Shown piece after piece: positions 35,071 to 47,000 of a stretch of 64,000 nt of DNA; position 1 is the stretch's first letter; the number at the start of each line of letters is the position of its first letter. The stretch lies in contig JAPEUI010000024.1 of assembly GCA_026025075.1 (NCBI GenBank), positions 62,001-126,000 of the forward strand, in the 5' to 3' direction. This stretch comes from Vezdaea acicularis (lineage: Eukaryota). The translations under genes and the position numbers were made by a program. The notes under the pieces were generated by a model. The model saw only the letters and a program-made list of their open reading frames with translations, did no database searches and had not been told where the DNA came from.

Positions 35071-36779
35071 TCATACTGCATGCATTGCCACCCTGACGCC
35101 TTTATCCGGGACCAGGACAACCTCGGACCTCAGTCTCACCTCTCCATCAGTGTATCTTGGCTCAATCGTATCGAACTTCTGTAAAATTCGCACGACGGTA
35201 TAGGCTATTTCCGTTAAGGCGAACTGCTGGCCAACACAGATCCGCGGGCCGCCGTTGAAGGGGATGTATGTCCATGGCGTCGGTTGCCAGTCGTACCAAC
35301 GCTCAACCGAGAACTCGTCCGCCGGGATGGGATAGCCGAAAGGTTGTAAATCTGGACGTCGATGTAGAGTCAATACGGAATAAGCAACAGGCGTGCCTTT
35401 GGCCACGCCAAAGGGGCCAAGACCGTCCTTCCCACCGCCACGTGGTAGGGTGGTGTCGCAAGCTGCAGAGCGGACGTTGGCGGGCACTGCTGGGTACAGC
35501 CGAAGCGTCTCATTTATCGCATTGTGCAAGTACTTCATACTCTTCAAATCTTCATAGGTAGGAGCACGAGTTGGCCCCACGCGGTCTATGATCTCTTGGC
35601 GTAACTTCTTCACTGTTTCTGGGTGTTTGGATAGCTCGTAGAAGAGCCAGGATAGAGTACTGGCGGTCGTGTCCTAGCGAGTATAAGAGTTATTATTTGA
35701 TCATACAGTCTACCAGACCCTTCCTAGGAATGTGTACACGTACTCGACCAGCTAAGAGGACATTGACGATTTGATCACGGATTTGCCTCCTATCGCGAGT
35801 GTACTTGGCTACCTCATGAAGGAATGTATAATCGCTTTCAGATTTCGTCTTCTTTTCGAGCTCTTCTGGTGAAAGCAGCAAAGCCCGCTCAATGAGCGGG
35901 TTTACAAATTCATCCAGGGTCCTGATGGCCTCGTAGTACTTTGACTTTGGCAGGAAAATCTTCATAGGTCTATCTAAGTAAGTAAAGATCTCCATATTCA
36001 AATGGGGATTGTATACTAACCCAAGGAGTACGATCATGTTGTTGGTGCGCTGAGCTTGCTGAAAGGCAAGCGCAAATCTCGTTTGGGGATTATCCAGACT
36101 ACAGACACTTCCACCAAGTAGAAAGTCTGTGGCAGCATCCAAGGTGTATCTGAAAAATAGATCGCAGATATCGACGGTCTGTCCGTTCTGAGGAATTAAG
36201 GACATCAATTTTGTCACATGACGTTCAAAGGTAGCCAGATCCGAAATTCTGTCTTTGATAAACTGGGGCCGAATCATCTGCCGACTTTTGTGCCACATAT
36301 CGCCATCCGTAACGAAAATCCCATCTCCTAGAAAAGGATGCCAGTCCTTATGAAATTCCTCTCCCTTACCGAAGTCCTTGAATTGCGTAGCCAACAAGGC
36401 TTTTATGTTTTCCGGATCAGATGTCATTATGAACCTCTGCCCCCCTAGATTTTGTTCAAGGGTATACTGTCCAGCTTGGCCGAAGATACGTTGCCAGAAC
36501 TCCACACCCCGTAGTTGAATTTGATATTTCACGATCACATAAGTATGGTCAAGGCCTAGCTAGGAATAAGTTTAAACCAGTCCAGTGAACAATGTGTGCA
36601 AGAAAGGGTTCGATCGTACCAAATGGGATCCACGAGGGCAGTATAACAGTGTGGCCCCCTAGAGCACGAATCTTTCTTTCGGTTTGGAAGGTTGCCCAAA
36701 GATAGTACAGCCCGCAAGCAGTGATCCCATAGAGAGTTAGAGACCACCAAGGACTCTCTCCAAAGACTTCACTCAGCAT
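35071..36779 (-). CDS. Cytochrome P450, CYP52 clan (alkane/fatty-acid hydroxylase-like)
   Basis: N-terminal TM anchor, DPENIKALLATQFKDFGKG, FLGDGIFVTDG, I-helix LLAGR/DTTA across an intron, ETLR (EXXR) and heme motif PFNGGPRICVGQQFA. Confidence 0.92.
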
Positions 36780-37375
36780 CTTGAAAGCCGATGGCAATGA
36801 CTTAGGTTTTTAGATCGGACTGTAGTAGCAAGTGTGCTTCTGGCAGCGCGTTCTCTTTATGCGAAGCCGTTATATCTTTTTTGGAGAGGATACCGATTGG
36901 GCAGTCAAATCCTCCAGACCTCCGGGTGAAAGCTAGGACCCTTGCCCATCGGGTCACTTCCTACGCGCAAGCAGTCCCATCGCAACGACGTGGGCCAAGA
37001 ACGAGAGAGAACTGGCCGATCAACCGAGACAGGGGACAGGTCCGGAGAGCTTCCTTTGCTAGCCCAAGACTCCGCAGCATTATGGTCATTTGATCGCGGC
37101 CCAGGGGTACGCGTACGACCTAGTTGGCAAGCCGAGGTACACAGGATGCGGCCTATGTCTGTTCCGCCAAGACGTGGGGGCCAATTTTCGCGATACTTCA
37201 GCACCACGACCACAGATGCGATCGGAGTTTGAAAACTTATAGAGGCACATCAAGGTAGATTAAGATGTCTTCTGCCATTGATTACATTGTTTGAAGCGGA
37301 AGAGTGGACGGGGGAAACGTGGGAACATCAGAACGCCAGTTCTTGGCGGAACAGACAAAGACCACACGCGGTGTA

Positions 37376-37403
37376 CTGTACTGTACTGTACAGTACAGTA
37401 CAG
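37376..37403. repeat. Perfect 28-bp palindrome built from CTGTA/CAGTA pentamers
   Basis: ctgtactgtactgtacagtacagtacag is its own reverse complement. Confidence 0.9.
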
Positions 37404-37703
37404 CCGAGGTATGATGTCTTTGAAGACAGGCATGCGATATTTTAATCACGGGGGAAAGGTATGTTCGCGTTGACGCGAGCCTTGGGAGTTATTCTTTCCC
37501 GAGGCCGCCAGAAATATGAGTGTCATTCTAAAGACCAAACCTAACTCTGATATATACCCACGTAACGAACGCCCAAACGAGCCATCCTCCTTCGCACATG
37601 ATACAGCTTTTTTCAGGGGAAGCCACCTTTCCCGAAGAAGGTGCCAAAGATAAACCACAATGCCTAGCTTCCACACGCTGAGAGCCTATGTGCTCTATCT
37701 GCC

Positions 37704-39366
37704 CTACGTTATTACCTCCGCCACAGTAGCAGAGGTCGGAGGATTCTTCTCCGGGATGATCAACTCCTCCTCCAAGCCCTCATCTACGAACTTCCTTTCA
37801 CTGAGATGCTCTGCATCGCCGACTTGTTCTGTCTGACCGCCGCCCGCAACCCAAACCTTGTCTTCAAACTTCCCCCTTTGACTTCCTTCGTGTTTGTACG
37901 GGCATGTCGGATTCATACACGGATTGTACTTGCACATCGTCTTCAGATGCGTGAATTTGCAGCCAGGTTTCTGGCAGTCGGCGCCATTACGACAAAGTGG
38001 CATGGCGGGATGCTTAAAAGGACAGGCCCGGTTGGTACAGTTGGGAAAAAACTTGCAGTCTTGTTCCGCTTGGTGGCCGACTTTCTGTGCAGGAGAAGGA
38101 TGAGTTGCGACGCATTTCTTATTCTTACAGGCAGCTCCGAATGAGCATTCGTCATTGACGTCAATTGGTGTGTTGGGTGGGGCAGCCGGCGACTGATGAG
38201 CGCGTTTGCAGTCTTTGTTCGTACAGCGCAAGTTATATTTGCAAATCTTGTCATCCGTCAGTCCGCTTTTCGATTCCTGCGATGCCTCCACCTCCATCGA
38301 CGATGATGGCTCGGCGTTCATCTCAAACGACGCAGTTGTCGTATCATTTTTGTGGGGCTGTTGCCGATTTTGGAAGCCTGGGTTCGATTGATTTGGCCTC
38401 CTGTTCCCGGTGTGCTTAGGCTTCTCAACTCTGTCGAATAGAGATCGACCCGGCTGTTGTTGATGAGGTCCATTTCCGAACTGTCCATTGTTCATCGGTG
38501 CTTGGCCAGCAAGCAGCTGCTGTTGCTGATGGAGGGGTAATTGGCTTATCATTTGCATTTGCTGCTGCAGCAGAGCCATCATTTGCATAGCGTCCTGAGG
38601 CATCTGCATTCCCACCGGTTGCGTCCCAGGCATCCCGGCCATTCCAGGCATCGCACCTACAGGGCCAGTTGGAACACCAGGCCTTCCATTCATCCCAAAT
38701 CCTGGACCGCGGTTTGCCATTTGCTGCACTCGAGCTTGAACACTCCGCGGGCCTTTAGGGGGTTCTCTCGAGCGTGAAGTGACCCGCCCAACTCCATTCT
38801 GTGTTTTTACACGGTGAATACCTCCATCACTAGATCGATCGAGGTGTTTTTTGATCTGGCCCAGGATCCCGGGCTTGTCATTTCGATGTCCAGGCCCGCC
38901 GCGCATTGCCTTCGGGCCTGTAGGTCTAGGAAGCTGTCAGTACGGCACAAAGCATCTGGAAGAATCCTAAAACTTACATATTGTCCGGGCCATGTGCGTC
39001 TATGCCATCACCCATTTCTGTATCCGCTTCCATGACGTCCCCTTGTTCCGTTGCAGAGCTCTGTGCTGATCGATCTAGTGTCTGGCCACTACTCCCATGG
39101 AGCTCGTCTATCTTGCCAGACAGCCATTGTGCGAATTGTACCGCACCCGGATCATCAGAATCTAGGCCTAGCAGATCTCCTGACAGCTCTGCTGCAAAAG
39201 CTTCTTGTGTTGGCCCGTTATGCAGCATCATAATGATATAGTCGCTCAGTGTGGTGTTGTCATCCGTCTCTTGGGCCCATCCTAGCTCGATCAGCTTTGG
39301 CTGTATGAGAGGCTCAAGCTGGTCCAAGACTGGATCGCCTTTCGGCACCAGCATAGTCGTCGACAT
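37704..39366 (-). CDS. NAB2: Nuclear poly(A) RNA-binding protein Nab2 (PWI-like N-terminus, tandem CCCH zinc fingers)
   Basis: IQPKLIELGW...LSDYIIMML N-domain. Intron AT|GTAAGT...CTGAC...TAG gives IPTGPKAM. A Q/G/M-rich linker precedes five CCCH-type fingers (CKYNLRCTNKDCKRAHQSP; CSFGAACKNKKCVATHPSP; CKFFPNCTNRACPFKHP; and two more). Confidence 0.88.
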
Positions 39367-40479
39367 ATTGGGTGTGAATGTATGTGGCGAGGCGATGAAT
39401 GCCTAAGACGGCCAACGTTTTGGTGTGACTGTTAAGGAGGGAAATATGACGTCCACTGATCCGGTTTGGAAGTTAGGCTGCGTTATATGCGGTAGGAATA
39501 CAAGTGACAGATGGCGAGGAGATTAGAGGTCGTGATATCGTTAATAGATTTGTAAGGTCGTTTCTGACCAAGAGCGAGTGTGTTGGAATGTAGTGCCGTT
39601 TTTCAAGAGATGAAGCTTGTCATTCTCCGTTGCTTCTCTAACTGCGCGCCAGAAAAGCGCCAAGCTTCTTAGTAAGCGAGGCTGCAGCGCCACAGGTACA
39701 TTTTAGCCTCACTTCAACCTAGCAATTCATCAGACTGCTTGTTTATGATTGAACTCGGGTGCTGAACATGCTATAAACTACATTTGTAATTTAAGGCCCA
39801 TTATCTGTACATTTTTGCCTTGTTTTTCGGATTTTTAAAACAATAATCCCGGTTTTTCTGGACCCTAGGGTCTCGGCCTTAATGACAGCGGATTCTTGTC
39901 TACATCCCGTCGGAATAAGTCAGCCATGAGCTCGCTCACGACATCGTTTCCGCCATGAATATAGCCGTTGAAATCACCCAAGATAGTCCGATAAGCCTTC
40001 CCATCTAAACTATGCGTCTCTCTATTTCCCCCAACGTGATCCAAGAATCTCGCAACCAGGTCTCGACTCCAATGAAGCCTTCGAGATATGGTCCCCCATC
40101 AGCCGCCTCCCAAAGTCTCGGTTAAGACGCGCTAAGACGCTCCAGCCCGATCCCGCCCATCTCGTTCCCAGGGAGGACGATCTCCCATTTCGCGAAAAAC
40201 AATTCGAGGGTCTCCTTTATCCGGTGATACGAACTCCCTCCGTCCTTTGTCTCGCGATCTACTTCTACCAATTCTAGTTTAATCCTCACGCTCATTTATT
40301 TTCTACGCAACGCAATCACTATAAAGGCGTCGGTCATCTGGCCGCGGAGATCACGGCCATTTAAAAGGTCGCAAGAGACGGAAACGTTGCGAGCACCGTC
40401 AATCAACATCCACGCAGAGATCCAGGACCCTTTCCCTTCGATCCCACACGCTCCAACAGCCAAAAAACCCAGCGCGAAA

Positions 40480-41106
40480 ATGCGCCTCCCACCAACCCAC
40501 CCTCTCCTCTCCCTCCTCCTGCTCACCTCCCCAATCCTCGCCCAATCCACCTCCACAACCCCCAGCTCCGCAAGCTCCTCCGCGCACCCAACCCCCTACG
40601 CCGGCAGCAACGCCTACACCTACCTCGGCTGCTACAACGAAACGACGGGGTACGCCGACGCGGGCAACGTGCGGGCTCTAGCCGGCGGCACGATGGAAGG
40701 ACTCGATAGTATGACGGCGGCGCAATGCCTGTCTTTCTGCGGCGCGGGGAAAGGGTTTGCGGGTCTCGAGTATGGCCGCGAGTGCTGGTGTGCGGGCAAT
40801 TTGAATGCCAATGCGGGAAAGGTCCCAGATGCGGATTGTAATACGCCGTGTATGGGCGATGGCACGGAGGTTTGTGGGGGGACCTTGAGGTAAGTCATTC
40901 TCGGAGAGATGGGGGGGTAGTGGAGGAGGAAGGATGGGATTGCCTGGCTGATGCTGGTGTGTGATGACAGGTTGACGCTCTATCAGAATAATGGCAGCAG
41001 TTCAGCGACGGGGAAGAGCGCAGCGGGGAAGAACGACGCGAATACTTGGTTGGCATGGGGCTCGGGTGCGATGAGCATGGCTCTGATGGCGTTGGCCGCG
41101 CTATGA
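40480..41106 (+). CDS. Secreted, probably GPI-anchored WSC-domain protein
   Basis: Signal peptide MRLPPTHPLLSLLLLTSPILA. WSC domain YLGCYNE...MTAAQCLSFC...FAGLEYGRECWC...CNTPCMGDGTEVCGG. Intron 40890..40970 is followed by LTLY and a hydrophobic tail AMSMALMALAAL*. Confidence 0.9.
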
Positions 41107-41371
41107 AGAGGTTTGATCGCTTCGATGTGGGCATCGCAGAAAGCCACGAGGCTATAGAAGACTGGGATGTAGCGGTGGAGTTTGGGCACGGTTTGATTGA
41201 AGATCAGGATTTCTCAGGAATATCTATCTGTTCTGCAGCAATTGGGCTTAGAATGTTTGGAGACAGGGTGGTCCGTACGAGGACCCATCTCATTAGAGCC
41301 TTCGATACTAGATCCCTAATACCATTTGAACCTCATGCGCCAACTAAATGCATATATCGCGTCTACATCGC

Positions 41372-42714
41372 TTATTTCGCGTCGACGTTCAGTTTCTCCA
41401 TCGCGGTATCAACCTCCTTTCCTAAGCTGACTTCGTCCTTCTTTGTCCCCTCCACACTCCCATCCGGCTGGGTTTCTAGTACTTTGCCGGTCCCAGGATG
41501 TTTGCTTCCCTTGTCCTTCGCTTTCTTCACCTTCTTGATAACGACGGGTGGTGGGTATGCCAGCTTCTCTACTTCCTGCCACTCTTTTGAGGACTGGAAT
41601 GCTGCTTGGATAGGCGCTAGTAGAGAGACCAACGCGGTGGATACCCCGGATTTGAGAAGTTGTGGCGTGAGCTGAAGATGTTAGCAATGAGCTAGGCTGA
41701 AAAGAAGCCTCCTGGAAAACTTATACCTTGTCGGCTTGGTAGTCTGCCTTGAGAGTGTCAATGTCGGTGTAGATTACTGGCTTTCCCTCCCCTTCTCGTG
41801 GAGTCACGACGAATTGGCCTTTGCCGCCGTGTTGTAGTTCGCTCGTCCTTAGAAGCACGTGTTCCACGAAGGATATGATACCATTCCCTTCTACCTCCTT
41901 GGGAACTGCGTAGGCTTTCTTCAGCTTCTTCTCCACCACCTTTGGCTCATCAAGCAGATCAATCTTCGAGTCCGGATCCGATGACGACATTTTCCCTCCT
42001 GCCAGACCCGGGACCATCGGGTTCATTAGATGCGCCCGCTCTTTGAACCCAATCTTAGGCAGTTGCTCAGCAGCCAGCGCAAAGATCTTTCTTTGGTCAA
42101 CCCCTCCAAACTGTGCGTCTACGCCGAGATGTTCCTCATCCAACGCCTGCATAAGGGGGTATATCAGGCCGCTCAATAGCGGGTTCGCGACCTGCTTGAC
42201 TACCTCCGCCCCTGCCTTTTTCGCGTCATGTTCCGTTACCACGGAGGTCAACTTAAACAGATCCATAGTGTATTTGCTGCTTAATTGATAAGAGCTCCCA
42301 AGAACGAACTCCAACTTGTCAATCGGCACGCCAAGGCAGCTCATCAGAGCCGTGATCAGGTGTTTGTAGTAGTCCGCTCTATGCTTGATGAGCTCGATCG
42401 GAGCTTTAAGGTTGTCGAGGAAGCCGTGGATGTCGGCCAGAAGTATCTTGACCCTGCATCCGGCTCGTAAGAAGGACGCGACCTTTACCATGGGTACGAA
42501 GTAACCGCAATGGGGACGCCCCGTGGTAGCGGTACCTGGTTTAGAACTATTGTTAATATGAGATTCTTATAGTAGTGGAAAAGGCTGCTATACCCCAGTA
42601 GATGACGAGCGGTCTGTCCTGCTTGATGATGACATCCTCTAGTATGTCTGGCTTGAGGACCTCTGCAAGGTTTTCTGTTACAAGGGCGAGCTTCTCTTGC
42701 GGCGAGAGAGCCAT
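41372..42714 (-). CDS. TYS1: Cytosolic tyrosyl-tRNA synthetase
   Basis: RPLVIYWG/TATTGRPHCGY (HIGH-like), LLADIHGFLDNLKAP, YPLMQALDEEHL, QFGGVDQRKIF and KMSSS (KMSKS-like). Two introns. Confidence 0.95.
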
Positions 42715-44084
42715 GGTGGGGTTGGTGGGGTGTTTGTCCGGCCGCTCTAGGATTGTTGCAGGCCTATATGCGATAACCTTTTTGGAGGGAGACTTTCAAT
42801 TGGCAGGAAAATGCATGTGTATGAGAGGTCCCATTGAATGTAGCAGTTGCAATCATGCTATTGATGTGCTTTATCGATGCGTCATGCTCATTGGTCCATC
42901 CGTGCTCCGTTCGTGTCTCCTCGCTTGGGTTCAAACCCTTGAACCTCCAAACCAGACAGCGCGAATCCGCTGTCGATCAACATCGAGGATATCAATTCTC
43001 ACAGCTCATTTAAACGTACTCTTCACTGTGGATAGCTTCATCAAAGCTTCATCAAGTCCGCGAGGTACTTATTTTCACGTGATTCTCTGCTGGGAACGTT
43101 GAAGCCCGTTCCATCCACACTTCTTCAACAGCCACAGATAATGGGGGGAGCTTCCACGTGGAGGCATCGGCCCTCCCTTCCGCCATCGTTTCAGATCCTA
43201 CTCGAAGGCGATCTCGAGGTCTCGCTCTCCGTGTCTTGTGCTATTTAGGGGTTTTCGTCTTAGTCTCCTTGATTTGAGTCGGGCGGCGTGATGCAGACTG
43301 CTGAAGAAACAGATTCATGTTTGTATGTTTCAGGTCCACGGTGCTGCACAGTCCCAAGGAACGGATTCATAGTGGATGTCTAGGCGTGGGCGAAGGATCT
43401 GAGACGTGCATCGATATGCTATAGCCATCGCCGGCAAGACATGCACCTGTCACAACGAAACCACAAAAAGTCCCTGGCAAATCCCTGTACCGGAGGCTAT
43501 TCGCTCTACGCATTATGTTTAGGCAGATGGTCTCCAAATGGAACACAGAGAAGCTCACGATATTGCTGCGCGTGTGCCTCGGGCGAACAGTCGGGCCTTC
43601 TTCCGAACTCTTCGTCGTGATCCCGCGCGCGCCCATCGCGGGGTCAGCCGTGCCTACAGTTGCTGGTGCTGGGAACGGTCCAACCACGATGGATCTAGCG
43701 AGAGCTCTGCAGTAGCACGAGCAGCTGCACGCCCGCACCGACGGATGGCCGCCCCGTTTCGCTGAGCAGGGAGGGGAGGGAAGAAGCACTCCAAGAGACT
43801 GGAAAAGTCGCCGGGTAAACCTCGAGTCTTTCGACAGCAGCTGCATCATTTGGCACCTTTTTGCACGTCTTCCCGGCTGTCAGTGCGGCCAACCCTCAAG
43901 ATCCCGAAATTTCGCCCAACTGACCGGATAGCGCTGTACCGATGATCTGATCGATTTATCCTGGCTGCACTGGCCACCAACGACATCAATCTCGCTGCCT
44001 CTCTGGCTTTCTCCTCATCGATAAAGTCGCACTGCCCGCGATTTTGGGCGGCGCCGTATCGTACTGCCCCTCGTCAGTCGCATC

Positions 44085-47000
44085 ATGACGAGGAGGGACG
44101 AAGCCTCTCGTAATGGCAATGCTGCGACTCCGGCCGGCAATAACACCCATCACAGGAGCATGAGGGAGTCGCTGTTCGGTCGAGGAACCCCGATACACGT
44201 GAAGACCGGCAAGAAGCAGCAGTGAGAGATTCGATTTTCTTGCATTCCGCGGAGAGACGGGGAGGAGCTTTGATGCTCGGTCTCGCTTTGGAGCCGTCGA
44301 GCTTCACCTTTCCTTCTTTAAAGCAAAGGACTCAGAACTAACGGGAAGGCGCATTACCGCATGTAGTTTCGAGAAAGAATCCGAAATATCTCCCAGCAGT
44401 GATGCACCCCCAACGCGCGTGTCACCTGCCTCGGCGGGCTCAAACGTTTCTCCGCTGACACGCTTTGACGGACTGGGAGGATATCGTCGTGAGTTGGCCA
44501 GTATCGACGCTGGCACGCCTTCCAAACCAACGCAAGGAGGCCCGAAGTCTTCCGATGTGTCGTTCGATGGCTGGTCGATGGTGAATGCTCCCACCGTGAT
44601 GCCGTCAAGTGCCTTTCCCGATAACTCCTTCAATGACTCGACCGACAACCTTGCACGAGGGTCGCCTAATTACCAACAGGGCATGACACGGACAGGCTCG
44701 AACGAGTCGGGCAATGGCTTCGGAGAGGATCGTCGGCCTTCGATCGCAAGCGTGGCAACTGAGAGCAGCGGTGGGTCGGGGTCTAATGCCGGTCGACGAA
44801 AGCGAAAGGCCATTCACAATTGGTTTGGAGAGGTGCCTTCACACTCGCCGTACAGTTCGGAGACGAGCCTGCCGCTACGCGCAGATGGCGGAAGGGAGCA
44901 GCCAGCATATCGATCGCATCGACGTGATCACAATGAGTCTATCACGACCGTTGGAAGTACTGAGGTTCGGCATGGCTCGAGGCCTAGTTCTCGACCAAGA
45001 ACGCCCGTGCCCGATAGCGATGTAGTTCCTTTCCTTTATCAGGATCCTGAGGTATGTGCTGTGATTGCTACAGTGAACCTGCCGCTGTCCCCATATCTTC
45101 ACCTTCACTCTTCTATCACTATCTTCGTTTGTGATTTCCGCCATCAGCCCTGATTGGACGCAATTTGAAGCAAACATGCCGGGTTTGTCAGGCATGAAGC
45201 TTCAATACCACCACTAGATGGCGTGTGGTTACAATCTTGCTGCAATTCCCGTCTTCTTATTTGCTAAATAGCTCTGCTCCTTCTTCTACACGCACAACGC
45301 TACCTACTTGGCCCAGAGTCTCGTTGTGATGCTTACATATTTTGTTAGGATCTGTCGCAGTTTGGAGATGCTCCTGTACACGGCTCACCAGCCGGTCCAG
45401 ACAAACAACGATATGAAGGGCCGAAAACCCAAGCCAGCCCCTCTGGCAATCATCATCCCTCACGGCATTTGCCTTTTCATAATAATAGGCACAAGAAGAG
45501 CGAGGACAAGCCTCTCAAGGGTTCGCTTGATACCGACAAATCCCTGCCATTAAGGCCGACGTACAGCAGGGAAACTTCCTACAATAGCCTTCAGCAATCC
45601 AAGACCAGCAATTCGGCCATGAGCTCGAGCTCAGCGCTTGGCCAACGTCCATCGAGCCCAACTCCGAGTAAGAATAGCGGAGTAACCTATGATGGCACCA
45701 ACTCCTCGTCTGGTCACAAGCGGTCACTCATCGACAGATTCAAGATGAAGGCTAGGGCGAAAGATATCAAAGACTCCAGTAGCCTCAGGCACCTCCAAGG
45801 GTCTGCACAGTCTTTACGTGATCCGTTCCACAAGAATGGAAAGCCTCCCAAGTCCGACCCTTCTGCTAACGCTGCCCGGAACGGCAGTGTAGCTACATTG
45901 AATAGTATGTATTCTACGCATCGTGGCTCTGATGCGTCCCAATTCGAGCCTCAGCAAGGGAAAGGCCGAAAGGGTACTGGACATGCTATGCTGGCACGAG
46001 GAAAGAGAGGCCCAAGCGTCGCCGAGGGCGCTCCTGTCAAGGACCCTGCGGATCGCAAGGATTCATCAGCCAATGAAAGCCTCTTTTTCCTAGACACAGA
46101 CATGTCTAGAATTGACGATATTGTTGCGCCGCCTGGAGCCTTCGCCCCTCCCCTTCCCAACGGCGGAATTTTCACCGGGGAAGAGGTGGAGACTCCTCGG
46201 CGGGTGCTCGAGGAATCCAAAGATGGAGGCAACTCCACCGCTGAGTGGGCTGCGCCGGACAGCTGGGGTGTGAAGAAGATCTTGGACGAGAATCAGGCTC
46301 GACTGGGGGAGATTGATGAAGATGGAGTTCCTGCCAAAGATGAGGACGACGGACAGCCGTATTCCGTACGAGTTTTCCGATTGGATGGGACTTTTGCCAC
46401 TTTATCAACAGGCCTGAACAGTACTGTATCAGAGATACTTGGGATGCTGGGCAAGAAATCTTTCCTTCAGGATAGCTTGGACAACTACCAGATCGTGCTT
46501 AAGAAGCACGATATGCAGCGGAAGCTGGAGCCAGGTGAAAGGCCACTTGTCATCCAGAAGCGTCTTTTTGAGCAAGCGGGATATACAAATGCAGATCGAA
46601 TGGACGAGATTGGACGAGAGGACAATAGTTACCTTTGCCGCTTCACCTTTGTTCCATCAAAGATTAGTGGGCTTTATAGTCTTGTAAGTGACCGCTCTTA
46701 CGGAGAGGCATTCACTCAATGGTTGGCTAACATCTATATCTTCGCTTTAGGAGAGAGACCCTGGATTCTCAAGAATGCAAAAATTTAGCCGGGTTGATAT
46801 ATCTGGCCGAAACCTGCTGACAATTCCCATCACCCTACACCAAAAAGCTACAGAGATCGTCTCCTTGAACGTCTCACGGAACCTGTCTCTGGAGATCCCG
46901 AAAGATTTCATCCAAGGGTGTCTGAATTTGAGAGACATCAAATACACAGGCAACGAAGCATGGAAATTGCCACCAAGCTTGTCCCTTGCCAGCCGATTGA

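Noticed and set aside
35071..36779. Secondary metabolite gene cluster around the P450
   Set aside because: No PKS, NRPS, terpene synthase, transporter or other tailoring genes are nearby. The neighbours are housekeeping genes.
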